A stretch of 43,394 bases of DNA from an uncultured Saprospiraceae bacterium (GTDB taxonomy: Bacteria; Bacteroidota; Bacteroidia; Chitinophagales; Saprospiraceae): assembly GCA_964496055.1 (NCBI GenBank), contig CAZBYX010000002.1:1-43394 (forward strand). The letters run 5' to 3'. The notes beneath the pieces are model-generated. The model saw only the letters and a list, made by a program, of their open reading frames with translations, did not search any database and was not told the origin of the DNA. Numbering within the stretch: the first letter of the stretch is position 1; the number at the start of each line of letters is the position of its first letter. The position numbers and the translations under genes are program-made. Positions 26,301 to 36,388 of this stretch are shown here, in pieces.

Positions 26301-26981
26301 TCAGTCGATTCGAAGGTCTTCCCAGTGGCAATCGGGGCATTCGGACTTCCGGAAGACGAAGGTCTCGGGGGGGAAATTCTTGTTCGGGCTGAGCTTTTCG
26401 ATGGCCAGGGTATAGCGGGAACCGTCTTTGGCGAACACCTTGATGCGGCGCAGGTCCCGGGTTTTCTTGTCCACCGTCAGGCGGATTTTGGAGTACTCGG
26501 AATCGTCGTCCAGCGGTTTGAATTCGATTTGCTGCACGACCCGTCCGTTTTCCACCAACTCGTTGGTCAAGGCATAGACGTACCGTTCGGATTCGTAGAC
26601 CCGGAGCAAATCTTGGGGGGAGAGGATGGTTTCTTCGTCCTCGTCTTCCACGTTGTTGATCTGGACTTCTTTGTTGTTTTCCAGATAGAGCCAAAGGGTG
26701 GTGCCATCGGACACGACGGTTTGTCCTTCCAGTTTCAGGCGGTATTTTTCGCCGGCTTGCAGCAGGGTGCCTTGCTGGACTTCTTCGGGCTCCTCCGGAA
26801 TTTCAATGAGGAGGGAAAACTGGACTTCAAGGGTTCGATAAGACTCGTATTTTGCCTTCACGGCGTCGAGCACGGCTTTGGCGGCCGGGTCGGCATCGGC
26901 GGCTTTGGTGAAGGTGTTTTCCTGGGCACACAGGGCAAAACCGAGCACAGCGAAGGTCAGAAAGAGAACGAAACGGGTCAT
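26301..26981 (-). CDS. LolA-like outer-membrane lipoprotein carrier family protein
   Basis: 226 aa. Signal peptide MTRFVLFLTFAVLGFALCAQ. KAKYESYRTLEVQFSL...GTLLQAGEKYRLKL...TLWLYL fits the LolA/DUF4367 fold pattern. The stop is 1 nt from the convergent oxidase stop. Confidence 0.78.
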   Translation of the reverse strand: MTRFVLFLTFAVLGFALCAQENTFTKAADADPAAKAVLDAVKAKYESYRTLEVQFSLLIEIPEEPEEVQQGTLLQAGEKYRLKLEGQTVVSDGTTLWLYLENNKEVQINNVEDEDEETILSPQDLLRVYESERYVYALTNELVENGRVVQQIEFKPLDDDSEYSKIRLTVDKKTRDLRRIKVFAKDGSRYTLAIEKLSPNKNFPPETFVFRKSECPDCHWEDLRID

Positions 26982-27054
26982 GTTGGTAGAGCATTTGGGG
27001 GTTCAAGTCGACGAACATTCAACGACAGGGACGAATGCGCCTTGCCCCTCGATG

Positions 27055-27062
27055 CAAAAGTA
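27055..27062 (-). promoter_or_regulatory. -7 promoter box TACTTTTG, candidate promoter of the LolA-like gene
   Basis: The plus strand reads CAAAAGTA, which is TACTTTTG on the minus strand, 74 nt upstream of the ATG at 26981. Confidence 0.4.
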
Positions 27063-27104
27063 CGCGTTAAAGTTTGCTTAAGCCGGGCAAGCAATCCTAA
27101 GGTT

Positions 27105-27920
27105 ATGGACGTACGATTCGAGCAGGTTTTTCAGCGCCGGCCGGCGCTGATTGGCATGGTGCACCTGGCGGCCTTGCCGGGCACCCCGGCTTTCGGAGGG
27201 CGGCTGGAAGCAGTGCGCGAGCAGGCGCTGGAAGAGGCGCAGCAGTTGAAAGCGGCGGGCTTCGACGGGCTGTTAATCGAGAACATGCACGATGCACCCT
27301 ACCTGCCCCGCCAGGTGGGGCCGGAGATTACGGCGACGATGGCCGTCATCGGGGCGGATATCAAACGGCAAACGGGCTTGCCCTGCGGCGTGCAGGTGCT
27401 GGCGGGTGCCAACGAAGCCGCCCTGGCGGTGGCCCTGGCAGCCGGACTGGACTTCATTCGGGCCGAGGGCTTCGTCTTCGCTCATGTCGCCGACGAAGGC
27501 TTGCTGAACAGCGATGCGGGCTCTCTGTTGCGCTACCGCCGGGCAATAGGCGCTGACCATATCCTCGTCTTGACCGACATTCGGAAAAAGCACGCCGCCC
27601 ATGCCCTTACCGCCGACCTCAGCCTCCTCGACCACGCCCGCACGGCGGCCTTTTTTCGCAGCGACGGGCTCATCCTGACCGGCTCCTTCACCGGCGAACC
27701 GCCCCAACCCCAAGACCTTCAAACTCTGCGCCCCGAGGTGGACTTGCCCCTCATCGTGGGTTCCGGGGTAAGCCTTGAAAACATAACTTCTTTCCTCCCT
27801 TGCGCCGATGCCCTCATCGTGGGTTCCGCCCTCAAACGCGACGGGCGCTGGGAGCAACCCCTGGACCCGGAAAGAATCCAGGCGCTGATGAAAAAAGTTC
27901 ACCAGTGGCGAGAACCCTGA
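27105..27920 (+). CDS. BtpA/SgcQ-family TIM-barrel protein
   Basis: ATG at 27105 gives MDVRFEQVFQRRPALIGMVHLAALPGTP, then GFDGLLIENMHDAPY, GVQVLAGAN, FIRAEGFVFAHVADEG, LIVGSGV, all typical of BtpA. The upstream part of the 26325 ORF is antisense to the LolA-like gene. Confidence 0.85.
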   Translation: MDVRFEQVFQRRPALIGMVHLAALPGTPAFGGRLEAVREQALEEAQQLKAAGFDGLLIENMHDAPYLPRQVGPEITATMAVIGADIKRQTGLPCGVQVLAGANEAALAVALAAGLDFIRAEGFVFAHVADEGLLNSDAGSLLRYRRAIGADHILVLTDIRKKHAAHALTADLSLLDHARTAAFFRSDGLILTGSFTGEPPQPQDLQTLRPEVDLPLIVGSGVSLENITSFLPCADALIVGSALKRDGRWEQPLDPERIQALMKKVHQWREP

Positions 27921-27982
27921 AAAAGTTTGGATTTTCGAGGGGGCATTCGTTCATTCTCTTCGAGCGCTAAACTCCAAGCATC

Positions 27983-28702
27983 ATGAAATATTTCCTCATT
28001 CTCTTAGCCTGCTTGCTTATGGGAAGCACCCTGCCGGGGCAACAAATCGCCCGCCACCTGGAAAAGACCTTCCAAGTCTCCGTACCCGTGGAGTACGACT
28101 ACTTGCTTTTCAGCCCCACCAACCGGAGCCTTGCCGAAAACGGCAAGTTTCCCTTGATCGTGTTTCTCCACGGCGCCGGAGAGCGAGGCAACGACCTGGC
28201 GAAGGTGAAAACGCACGGCCCGCCCCAGATCGTTGAACGGCAGCCGGACTTCCCCTTCATGGTGCTTTCCCCTCAATGCCCGGAAGGAGAGCGCTGGGAC
28301 CCGCTCACCCTGGATTTGCTGCTCGATGAAATCGTGCGCACCCACCCGGTGGACACCGCCCGCATCTACCTCACGGGTTTGAGCATGGGCGGGTTTGGGA
28401 CCTGGGATTGGGCGCTCTACCGCCCGAATCGTTTTGCCGCACTGGCGCCCATTTGCGGCGGCTCGCCCTGGCATGCCTTCCAGGTCGGCAAAATCCGTCA
28501 TCTGCCCATCTGGGTTTTTCACGGGGCGCTGGACCCCGTGGTGCCCATCGCCGGTTCTTCGGCCATCGTGGGGGCTCTCAAACAGATGGGCGCCGACGTT
28601 CAGTTTACGGTCTATCCGTATGCGGGGCACGACTCCTGGACGGAGACCTACTCCAATCCAGCGCTGTACGATTGGTTCCAAAAACACCGCCGACAACCCT
28701 GA
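27983..28702 (+). CDS. secreted alpha/beta-hydrolase (carboxylesterase/phospholipase, PHB-depolymerase-esterase-like)
   Basis: Signal peptide MKYFLILLACLLMGS. Oxyanion region FLHGAGERG, nucleophile elbow GLSMGG, acid HGALDPVVP, histidine YAGHDSW. Confidence 0.85.
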   Translation: MKYFLILLACLLMGSTLPGQQIARHLEKTFQVSVPVEYDYLLFSPTNRSLAENGKFPLIVFLHGAGERGNDLAKVKTHGPPQIVERQPDFPFMVLSPQCPEGERWDPLTLDLLLDEIVRTHPVDTARIYLTGLSMGGFGTWDWALYRPNRFAALAPICGGSPWHAFQVGKIRHLPIWVFHGALDPVVPIAGSSAIVGALKQMGADVQFTVYPYAGHDSWTETYSNPALYDWFQKHRRQP

Positions 28703-28710
28703 TTCCATTC

Positions 28711-31206
28711 ATGCAACCTTCCGGCTCGGCATCGCGGGAATTGTTTCATCCGGTCCAGACGACGGGCACCTATGCCTCGGTCATCTTGCCGCTGGCTTTG
28801 CCCAAGCTCTTCACCTACTACGTTCCGGAAGAATGGCTGGACGCGGCCCGGCCCGGGGTTCGGGTGGAGGTGCAATTCGGCAAGCGGAAGATTTACGCCG
28901 GCTTGCTGCGGGAAATCCACCACCGCAAACCCGACTACCCGACCAAACCCTTGCTGAGCGTACTGGATGAGCAGCCCCTCGTCGGGGAACGCCATCTGGC
29001 ATTCTGGGAATGGATAGCCGAGTACTATTGCTGCACCCTGGGAGAGGTGCTGGATGCGGCCTTGCCCGCGCCCTTCAAACTGTCCAGCCGGCGCAAGATT
29101 AGTTTGAGTCCGTTTTTCGACCGCCACTTCGAGGAGTTGTCGGAGGCGGCTCATCTGTTGGTGCAGGCGCTTCAAATACAAAAGGAAGTCAGCATCGACG
29201 AGGTGCGGAAAATCCTGAACCGCAAGACGGTGGGAAAGGTCTTGGAGGAGCTGTTCGACAAGCGGCTCATCTACATGAGTGAGGAGGTGCGGGAAAAATA
29301 CCGGCCTCGGATGGTGCGCTGCGTGCGCCTGCAGGAGCCCTATCGTTCGCAGCCGGAGCTGCTTTCGGAGGCCTTCGAGCGTTGCGCCAGATCCTTGAAG
29401 CAGACCGAAGCCCTGATGGCTTTCGTGCAGTTGTCCAAGGAGCAGCAGGTGGTTCGCTGCCAGGAAATTTACGACCGAGCCGGAGCGGACAGCGCCGTCT
29501 TGCGCGCACTGGAGAAAAAAGGCATCTTGGAGCGATACGAAAAGCAATCCTCCCGACTGGGAGGCTACGAGGAGGAACTGGTGGAGGTTCCCGAAATGTC
29601 GGAGCAACAGAAGCGGGCTTTGGCGGAGCTGGAACGGGCCTTCGAGCAGAAGGACGTGGTCTTGTTGCATGGGGTGACGGGCAGCGGCAAGACGCGCCTT
29701 TACGTGGAGCTCATCAAAAAGACGCTCAACCGCGGGCGGCAGGTGCTGTATCTGCTTCCGGAAGTGGGGCTGACCACCCAGATCGTTCAGCGTTTGCAAC
29801 AGCTTTTCGGCGACCAGGTGGCGGTGTACCACCACCGCCTCAACCAGAATGAGCGGGTGGAAATGTGGCGGGCGGTGGCCGAAGGCCAACCCGTCGTCTT
29901 GGGGGCCCGCTCGGCGCTTTTCCTCCCATTTCAGGAGCTCGGGCTCGTCATCGTGGACGAAGAGCACGACCCTTCCTTCAAACAACAAGACCCCGCCCCC
30001 CGCTATCAGGGGCGCGATGCGGCGGTCTATCTGGCACATCTTTTCGGGGCCAAGGCCCTGCTGGGCACCGCCACCCCTTCCCTCGAATCTTACCACAACG
30101 CCAAGCGGGGCAAGTACGGACTGGTGGAGATGCCGGAGCGATTCGGGGGCGTGCAAATGCCCGAAATCCAGGTGGTGGATGCACGCGAGGAACTCTTGCT
30201 GCGCAAACTGAAGGTCCATTTCACCAGCACCTTGTTGGAAGCCATCGGGCAGGCCCTGGAACAGGGCGAACAAGTCATCCTTTTTCGCAACCGCCGGGGC
30301 TATGCGCCCATCCTGAAGTGTGCGGTGTGTGGGTGGCAGGCAGGCTGCAAGGACTGCGACGTCAATCTCACCTACCACAAGTTTCAGAACCGCCTTCAGT
30401 GCCACTATTGCGGGCACCAGGAGGGAGTGCCCGCCACCTGCCCGGCCTGCGGTTCGGGGGAGGTGCGCTTGCTGGGGTTCGGCACCGAAAAAATCGAAGA
30501 CGAGCTGAAAATCTATTTCCCCGAAGCGAACATCCAGCGGATGGATTTCGACGCCGTGCGCTCCCGCAACGCCTACGTGCGCATCATCAACGACTTTGAG
30601 GAGAAGCGCATCGACATACTCGTCGGCACGCAAATGGTCACCAAAGGACTGGATTTCGAAAACGTGGGGCTGGTGGGGGTGATGAGCGCCGACCAAATCC
30701 TTCAGTTTCCGCACTTTCGGTCGGGAGAGCGGGGCTTCCAGCTCATGACCCAGGTGGCGGGGCGCGCCGGCCGAAAGCATCGGCGGGGCAAGGTGCTCAT
30801 CCAAGCCTTCCGGGTGGATCACCCCGTCTTGCGGGAGGTGCTCGAAGGAGATTACCGAAGCTTTTTCCAGCGCGAAATACAGGAGCGGCAGGCCTTTCAA
30901 TACCCGCCTTTCCGGCGGCTCATCCAGTTGACCCTGAAACACAAAGACCCACAGGTATTGAACCAGGCCATGAAACTGGTGGCGGAACGGCTGAAGGCTG
31001 GGCTCGGGGGGCGGGTGCTGGGACCGGGCATTCCGCCCGTCGGGCGGGTGCGGGGCCAATACCTGCTCGAGCTCCTCCTCAAACTCGAACCGCGAACCCC
31101 TGTGCTCCGCAAGGCCAAAAGCCTCCTCCTGGAATCCTTGCAGGAAATGCACCAGACGCCCGGCTTCGGAACCGTCCGTGCCATCGTGGATGTGGACCCC
31201 AATTAG
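28711..31206 (+). CDS. priA: primosomal replication-restart helicase PriA
   Basis: ATG at 28711. The N-terminal YASVILPLALPKLFTYYVP motif, Walker A GVTGSGKT, DEEH box VDEEHD, and a Cys-rich zinc region CAVCGWQAGCKDCDVNLTYH...CHYCGH...CPACGS. Confidence 0.95.
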   Translation: MQPSGSASRELFHPVQTTGTYASVILPLALPKLFTYYVPEEWLDAARPGVRVEVQFGKRKIYAGLLREIHHRKPDYPTKPLLSVLDEQPLVGERHLAFWEWIAEYYCCTLGEVLDAALPAPFKLSSRRKISLSPFFDRHFEELSEAAHLLVQALQIQKEVSIDEVRKILNRKTVGKVLEELFDKRLIYMSEEVREKYRPRMVRCVRLQEPYRSQPELLSEAFERCARSLKQTEALMAFVQLSKEQQVVRCQEIYDRAGADSAVLRALEKKGILERYEKQSSRLGGYEEELVEVPEMSEQQKRALAELERAFEQKDVVLLHGVTGSGKTRLYVELIKKTLNRGRQVLYLLPEVGLTTQIVQRLQQLFGDQVAVYHHRLNQNERVEMWRAVAEGQPVVLGARSALFLPFQELGLVIVDEEHDPSFKQQDPAPRYQGRDAAVYLAHLFGAKALLGTATPSLESYHNAKRGKYGLVEMPERFGGVQMPEIQVVDAREELLLRKLKVHFTSTLLEAIGQALEQGEQVILFRNRRGYAPILKCAVCGWQAGCKDCDVNLTYHKFQNRLQCHYCGHQEGVPATCPACGSGEVRLLGFGTEKIEDELKIYFPEANIQRMDFDAVRSRNAYVRIINDFEEKRIDILVGTQMVTKGLDFENVGLVGVMSADQILQFPHFRSGERGFQLMTQVAGRAGRKHRRGKVLIQAFRVDHPVLREVLEGDYRSFFQREIQERQAFQYPPFRRLIQLTLKHKDPQVLNQAMKLVAERLKAGLGGRVLGPGIPPVGRVRGQYLLELLLKLEPRTPVLRKAKSLLLESLQEMHQTPGFGTVRAIVDVDPN

Positions 31207-31250
31207 GGTGGGGGTGAGCGGTTTGGGGGCGGGCGTTCAATTGCAAACTC

Positions 31251-32567
31251 ATGTGCGACACTTTCGTCATCCGAGGCCGCTGGACGGCGGACGGTGCCAC
31301 CATCCTGGGCAAAAACTCCGACCGGGAGCCGAACGAAGCTCAGGCGGTGGAGCGCATCCCCGCCCAACGGCACCGCCGGCCCGCGCTTCGTTGCACCTAC
31401 ATCGAGGTGCCGCAAGTGGAGCGCACTTTCGAGGTCGTGCTGAGCCGGCCCTTTCACATGTGGGGCGCCGAAATGGGCGTCAACGAACACGGCTTGGCCA
31501 TTGGAAACGAAGCAGTTTTTACGCGCATCCCCTTTCGGCGGAAAAACGACGGGCTGACGGGCATGGACCTGCTGCGCCTGGCGCTCGAGCGCTGCCAAAC
31601 CGCCGAGGAGGCGCTGGAGTGCATCACCGGGCTGCTCGAACGATACGGGCAGGACGCTTGCGGAGGCTATCAAAATCGCCGCTTTTTCTACCACAACAGT
31701 TTTCTGCTGGCCGACCCCGAGGATGCCTGGGTGCTGGAGACCGCTGGCCGGCATTGGGCTGCCCGCCGCGTGACGGATTTTGCCGCCATCAGCAACGTGC
31801 TCACCATCGGAGAGGATTTCGACCGCATCAGCAGCCGGGCGGTGAACTTCGCCCGTGAAAAAGGCTGGGCCAAGCGGGGCCGTCCCTTCCACTTCGCAAA
31901 GGCATTTTCCGACCGGTTTTACACGCGGCTGGCGCGGGGCAAGGCCCGGCGGGCCACTTCTCTGGCTTGCCTGCGCGGCAGTGCCGGTCGGTTTACGCTC
32001 CGGGAAGCCTTCGAGCTTTTGCGTTCCCACCATCCGGCGGGGGAGCGGTTTCGACCGGGGCGCAGCAGCACGGCCTCCCTTTGCATGCATCCCACCGGCT
32101 TGCTCAACCCCAGCCAAACGACCGGCAGCATGGTGGCTCAGTTGCGCCCTCAGAAGCGCAGCGTCGTTTGGCTGACGGGCACCTCCATGCCCTGCCTGTC
32201 GGCGTTCAAGCCGTTTTTTCTGCGCGCGGCCGATTGCCCTTTGTTTGCCCTCTCCGCTCCCGGCCCCACACCCGATGACAGCCTGTGGTGGCGGGCCGAA
32301 GGCCTTCTGCGGAAAATGTGCCTGGATTACAGGGGAGCGCAGGAGCTGGTTGGACCAACCGTGAGAGGGTGGGAGCAATCCTGGAGGGGGCGGGCAGCCG
32401 AGGAATCGGCGGCGCTTTCCCGAAGCGCGCTGGAGGCGCACCTGCAAGGGTTAGTGGAGTGGGGGAAGATGTTTCAGCCTCCCCGAAAAAGAACGAGCCA
32501 GGTACCCTTCACCTACGCGTGGTACCTGGCTCGCATCAGCCGTTCGGCGGGTCTCAGGCTGCTCTGA
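31251..32567 (+). CDS. C69-family (secernin-like) Ntn-hydrolase dipeptidase
   Basis: Begins MCDTFV, with Cys2 as the N-terminal nucleophile. [39 protein letters not shown] are typical of peptidase C69. The last 14 nt overlap the convergent clpX 3' end. Confidence 0.82.
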   Translation: MCDTFVIRGRWTADGATILGKNSDREPNEAQAVERIPAQRHRRPALRCTYIEVPQVERTFEVVLSRPFHMWGAEMGVNEHGLAIGNEAVFTRIPFRRKNDGLTGMDLLRLALERCQTAEEALECITGLLERYGQDACGGYQNRRFFYHNSFLLADPEDAWVLETAGRHWAARRVTDFAAISNVLTIGEDFDRISSRAVNFAREKGWAKRGRPFHFAKAFSDRFYTRLARGKARRATSLACLRGSAGRFTLREAFELLRSHHPAGERFRPGRSSTASLCMHPTGLLNPSQTTGSMVAQLRPQKRSVVWLTGTSMPCLSAFKPFFLRAADCPLFALSAPGPTPDDSLWWRAEGLLRKMCLDYRGAQELVGPTVRGWEQSWRGRAAEESAALSRSALEAHLQGLVEWGKMFQPPRKRTSQVPFTYAWYLARISRSAGLRLL

Positions 32568-33801
32568 GCAACTCCAACTTGGACTTGCTGAGCTTTTCGC
32601 GCACGTAGTTGCGCGTAACCCGGAACTCCCCAATGTCTTTCTTGGAGGGCAATTCGAACATGGCATCCGTCATGACGGCTTCGCAAATGGAGCGCAAACC
32701 GCGCGCGCCCAAGCCGTATTCGAGGGCCTTTTCCGCAATGAAGTCGATGGCCCCATCGGTGAACGCCAGCTGAATGCCTTCCAGCTCGAAGAGCTTGGTG
32801 TACTGCTTGATGAGGGCGTTCTTGGGCTCGGTGAGGATGGCGCGCAGGGCTTTCAGGTCCAGGGGCTCCAGGTAGGCGAGCACGGGCAGGCGGCCGATGA
32901 GTTCGGGGATGAGGCCGTAGCGCTTGAGGTCTTGGTGGGAAACGTATTGCAGCATGTTGTCCTTGTCCACGGCCTCGCGCTGTTTGCGGTCGTAGCCGAT
33001 GACCTGAGTGTTCATGCGGCGGGCGATGATGTTCTCGATGCCGTCGAAGGCGCCGCCACAAATGAAGAGAATGTTCTGGGTGTTGACCTTGATGAGCTTT
33101 TGTTCGGGGTGTTTTCGACCGCCATGGGGAGGCACGTTGACATCGGTGCCTTCGAGGAGTTTGAGCAGGCCCTGTTGCACTCCTTCTCCGGAGACATCGC
33201 GCGTGATGGAGGGGTTGTCGCTCTTGCGCGCGATTTTGTCAATTTCGTCGATGTACACGATGCCCTTTTCGGCAGCGGATACGTTGTAATCGCACACTTG
33301 CAGCAGCCGGCTGAGAATGCTTTCCACGTCTTCACCCACGTAGCCGGCCTCGGTGAAGACGGTGGCGTCCACGATGGTGAAGGGGACGTTCAAAAAGCGG
33401 GCGATGGTTTTGGCCATCAGCGTTTTGCCCGTCCCGGTGGGGCCGACGAAGAGCACGTTGGACTTTTCAATCTCCACATCGTCGTTCTTCGGCTGCCGCA
33501 GACGCTTGTAATGGTTGTACACCGCCACGGAAAGCACGCGCTTGGCGGTGTCTTGCCCGATGACGTATTGGTCCAGGAAGGCTTTGATTTCCTTGGGGGT
33601 GATGTTGTCGGGGAGCAGATAATCACTCTTCGGGGATTCGGCGCCGCGCCGTCCCCCGTACAATTCCTCCTCGATGATTTCGACCGCTTGGTCCACACAC
33701 ACTTCGCAGATGTGCCCTTCGATGCCGGCAATCAGGATGAGTGCTTCGGATTTGTCTCTGCCGCAAAACGAGCAGCGGTAATCTTGTTTGTTCCTGCGCA
33801 T
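32554..33801 (-). CDS. clpX: ATP-dependent Clp protease ATP-binding subunit ClpX
   Basis: 415 aa. Zinc-finger CSFCGR...HICEVC, Walker A GPTGTGKT, Walker [13 protein letters not shown]-type loop region. Confidence 0.96.
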   Translation of the reverse strand: MRRNKQDYRCSFCGRDKSEALILIAGIEGHICEVCVDQAVEIIEEELYGGRRGAESPKSDYLLPDNITPKEIKAFLDQYVIGQDTAKRVLSVAVYNHYKRLRQPKNDDVEIEKSNVLFVGPTGTGKTLMAKTIARFLNVPFTIVDATVFTEAGYVGEDVESILSRLLQVCDYNVSAAEKGIVYIDEIDKIARKSDNPSITRDVSGEGVQQGLLKLLEGTDVNVPPHGGRKHPEQKLIKVNTQNILFICGGAFDGIENIIARRMNTQVIGYDRKQREAVDKDNMLQYVSHQDLKRYGLIPELIGRLPVLAYLEPLDLKALRAILTEPKNALIKQYTKLFELEGIQLAFTDGAIDFIAEKALEYGLGARGLRSICEAVMTDAMFELPSKKDIGEFRVTRNYVREKLSKSKLELLRAA

Positions 33802-33863
33802 GAGTGGAGTTTATAATTGGATATCCCTTCGGCCAAGATAGGAAAAATGCCGCCGGCGCCGGA

Positions 33864-34565
33864 TTACTCTTTTTCCGGGGTGCGGGTCAGCACTTCGTCA
33901 ATCAGACCATACTCCTTGGCTTCGAAGGCGGTCATCCAGTTATCGCGGTCGCAATCCTCTTCGATTTTTTCGTAGGGTTGCCCGGTGTGGGCGCTGAGGA
34001 TTTCGTACAGTTCTTTTTGCATGCTCTTGATGAGGCGGTAGGAAATCTCCATATCGGAGACCTGGCCTTGCATGCCGCCCATCGGCTGGTGAATCATGAC
34101 GCGGCTGTGGTGCAGGCAGGTGCGCTTGCCCTTTTTGCCGGCGGCGAGCAAGACGGCGCCCATGGAGGCCGCCAAACCCGTGCAGATGGTGCCCACGTCG
34201 GGGGAGACGTATTGCATGGTGTCGTAGATGCCCAAACCCGCGATGACCGAGCCCCCGGGGCTGTTGATGTACATTTGGATGTCGCGTTTGGGGTCGGTCG
34301 AATCCAGGAACAACAGCTGCGCTTGCACCACATTGGCCACATAGTCGTTCACGGGAACTCCCAGAAAGATGATGCGGTCCATCATCAGGCGCGAGAACAC
34401 ATCCATCTGAACCATGTTCAGCTGGCGCTCTTCGATGACGGCGGGGGTAAACCCCTGGATGGGCGGCACCCGCGGGGTGGTTTTTTCCAGGTACTCCTCC
34501 ACGTGCATGCGGCTCAAACCGAGGTGCTTGGTGGCGTATTTCAAAAACTCGTCTTTGTTGTACAT
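33864..34565 (-). CDS. clpP: ATP-dependent Clp protease proteolytic subunit ClpP
   Basis: ATG at 34565 gives 233 aa. RIIFLG, INSPGGSV, catalytic Ser in GLAASMGAVLL, His in MIHQP, Asp in DRD. Confidence 0.95.
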   Translation of the reverse strand: MYNKDEFLKYATKHLGLSRMHVEEYLEKTTPRVPPIQGFTPAVIEERQLNMVQMDVFSRLMMDRIIFLGVPVNDYVANVVQAQLLFLDSTDPKRDIQMYINSPGGSVIAGLGIYDTMQYVSPDVGTICTGLAASMGAVLLAAGKKGKRTCLHHSRVMIHQPMGGMQGQVSDMEISYRLIKSMQKELYEILSAHTGQPYEKIEEDCDRDNWMTAFEAKEYGLIDEVLTRTPEKE

Positions 34566-34672
34566 AATCGCTATGGATTTGGGTTCGGGAATGCAAATGG
34601 GGGGCGAAGGGCCCGGAAAGCACATTAGAAAACACCCTCGGGCAATCGAAGTTGAACGCTCGAGGGAGTGTT

Positions 34673-36082
34673 TCACTCTTCTTCCTCTTCGGCCCGGGCT
34701 TTCGGGCTGTCCTCCTCTTTGGCCTGCCGGACCATGTCATCGAAGGTTTCTTCTGGCACTTCCTTCTCCTCGATGGTGATGACTTCCTTCAACTTATCAA
34801 TTATCTTGCCTTCCAGGATGCGCTCTCTCAAGCGATTCACCTCCGACGGCACGGAAATCAATTGCCTGGTAATTTTCAAAATGAGCTCCCGTTCGGGGGG
34901 GTAGTTGTTCCGAACCAGGTAACTCACGACCTCCTGCTGGGCCGCTTGAAGGATTTCTTCATTTTCAACCTCGAGAGCGAATTGTTTTGCAATGCGATTG
35001 CTGAGCACATCCCATCGGATGTCCTCTTCGAAGCGCTCGAATCGTTCGCTTCCGATGTCAAAGAAATCATCACCTACCTGGTCCTTCATGAAACGATGGA
35101 GGTATTCCCGCGGCAATTCCAGATGCGCCCGATTGGCCTCGACGAGTTTCTTTCTCAAGTCCCGAGCGAAGAGGAAATCGGATTCCGATTGCCGACTTTG
35201 GCGCAGCATTTCCCGGACGGCATCGAGGGCCTCCGCGGTGTCCTTCACCTCCTTGTTCGGGAAAGCCTTTTTGAAAAAATCCTCATTGGGCTCGGCGGGG
35301 AGGCTGCGCTTGATTTGCGTGATTTGAGCCAGGAAGCGGTCTCCAACCTCAGCATCCTCATTCACTCCAAGGATATACCGTTTCGTTAATTTCTCTTCAT
35401 GGGGCAACGCTTCGAACGGCTCGATGATGAACGAGTCGCCTTTGCGTTTGCCGAGCAGTATATTTTTCCATTCTTCGGTGAAGGCCGACGGCCCAAAAGT
35501 CCGCGTGACGTCCACCCCGCCCTCCTTGATCACATCACCCTCCAATTCTTGTAAGCGGAGGGAAAAAAAGCATTCCTCCTCCTCAATGGCATCGAGGTCC
35601 ACCTGTTCTCCGTGTTCCTTCAACAGGGTGTTCCACTCTTTCTCCAGCCTTTCCTCGCTGATCTGCGGCACAAAATATTCCACCACCGTTTCCTTGCTCA
35701 AACCCTGGACCTCGAAAGCGGGGACCACGCCCAAATCGAAGCGGAAGACGTAGTTTTTCAGCTCCCGTGCATCGAAGTCGGGTTTGTCGGAGCCCTCCAC
35801 GGGGAGGGGGCGCCCCACATAGATGTGTTTGTCGTCATTTTCGATAAAGAGGTCAACTTCCCGCTCGAGCAAATCAGTGACGACTTCGGCCAATACGTTT
35901 TTGCCGAAAGCCTTCCTCAACCAACTTTCGGGCACTTTTCCCTTGCGGAAACCCCGGAAGTTGCCCTCCTTGCGGTACTTTTTCAGTTCTTCCCGGAAGC
36001 GGGCCTCGTAATCCTTCTTTTCGATGGTGACGGTCAGGCGTAATTGTTGGGAGGGGAGCTCCTCGGTAACAACTTTTGGCAT
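34673..36082 (-). CDS. tig: trigger factor
   Basis: 469 aa. The N-terminal ribosome-binding region has FRGFRKGKVP (the GFRxGxxP motif). Acidic C-terminus. Classic tig-clpP-clpX order. Confidence 0.92.
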   Translation of the reverse strand: MPKVVTEELPSQQLRLTVTIEKKDYEARFREELKKYRKEGNFRGFRKGKVPESWLRKAFGKNVLAEVVTDLLEREVDLFIENDDKHIYVGRPLPVEGSDKPDFDARELKNYVFRFDLGVVPAFEVQGLSKETVVEYFVPQISEERLEKEWNTLLKEHGEQVDLDAIEEEECFFSLRLQELEGDVIKEGGVDVTRTFGPSAFTEEWKNILLGKRKGDSFIIEPFEALPHEEKLTKRYILGVNEDAEVGDRFLAQITQIKRSLPAEPNEDFFKKAFPNKEVKDTAEALDAVREMLRQSRQSESDFLFARDLRKKLVEANRAHLELPREYLHRFMKDQVGDDFFDIGSERFERFEEDIRWDVLSNRIAKQFALEVENEEILQAAQQEVVSYLVRNNYPPERELILKITRQLISVPSEVNRLRERILEGKIIDKLKEVITIEEKEVPEETFDDMVRQAKEEDSPKARAEEEEE

Positions 36083-36191
36083 GATTTGTTACGATTATGT
36101 AAAAACCCCTGGCGAATAAGTGAGTATAAAGAATCAGAATAGTCACTGAAACGCCGGTAAACGAGTGGGGGGGCATGGCCCAGCCCTCGAG

Positions 36192-36275
36192 TGCGGGTGG
36201 AGGGACTCGAACCCCCACGAGCGAAAGCCCACCAGATCCTAAGTCTGGCGCGTCTACCAATTCCGCCACACCCGC
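36192..36275 (-). tRNA. tRNA-Leu (anticodon TAG), class II with long variable arm
   Basis: The reverse complement is GCGGGTG TG GCGGAATTGGTAGACGC G CCAGA CTTAGGA TCTGG TGGGCTTTCGCTCGT GGGGG TTCGAGT CCCTC CACCCGC A. The acceptor (7 bp), anticodon (5 bp) and T stems all pair. The loop CT-TAG-GA gives anticodon UAG. CCA is not encoded. Confidence 0.92.
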
Positions 36276-36380
36276 CGAAGCGAAAATGTCATAGGGGAGA
36301 ACAGACCGCGCGCCGGGTTGAACCCCTTGAAAACCAAAGCGTAACCCTTCAAAAAAGCGGCACTTTCGTCAAAAGCGGTG

Positions 36381-36388
36381 CAAAGATA
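36381..36388 (-). promoter_or_regulatory. -7 promoter box TATCTTTG upstream of tRNA-Leu (and possibly tig-clpP-clpX)
   Basis: The plus strand reads CAAAGATA, which is TATCTTTG on the minus strand, 106 nt upstream of the tRNA 5' end. Confidence 0.35.
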
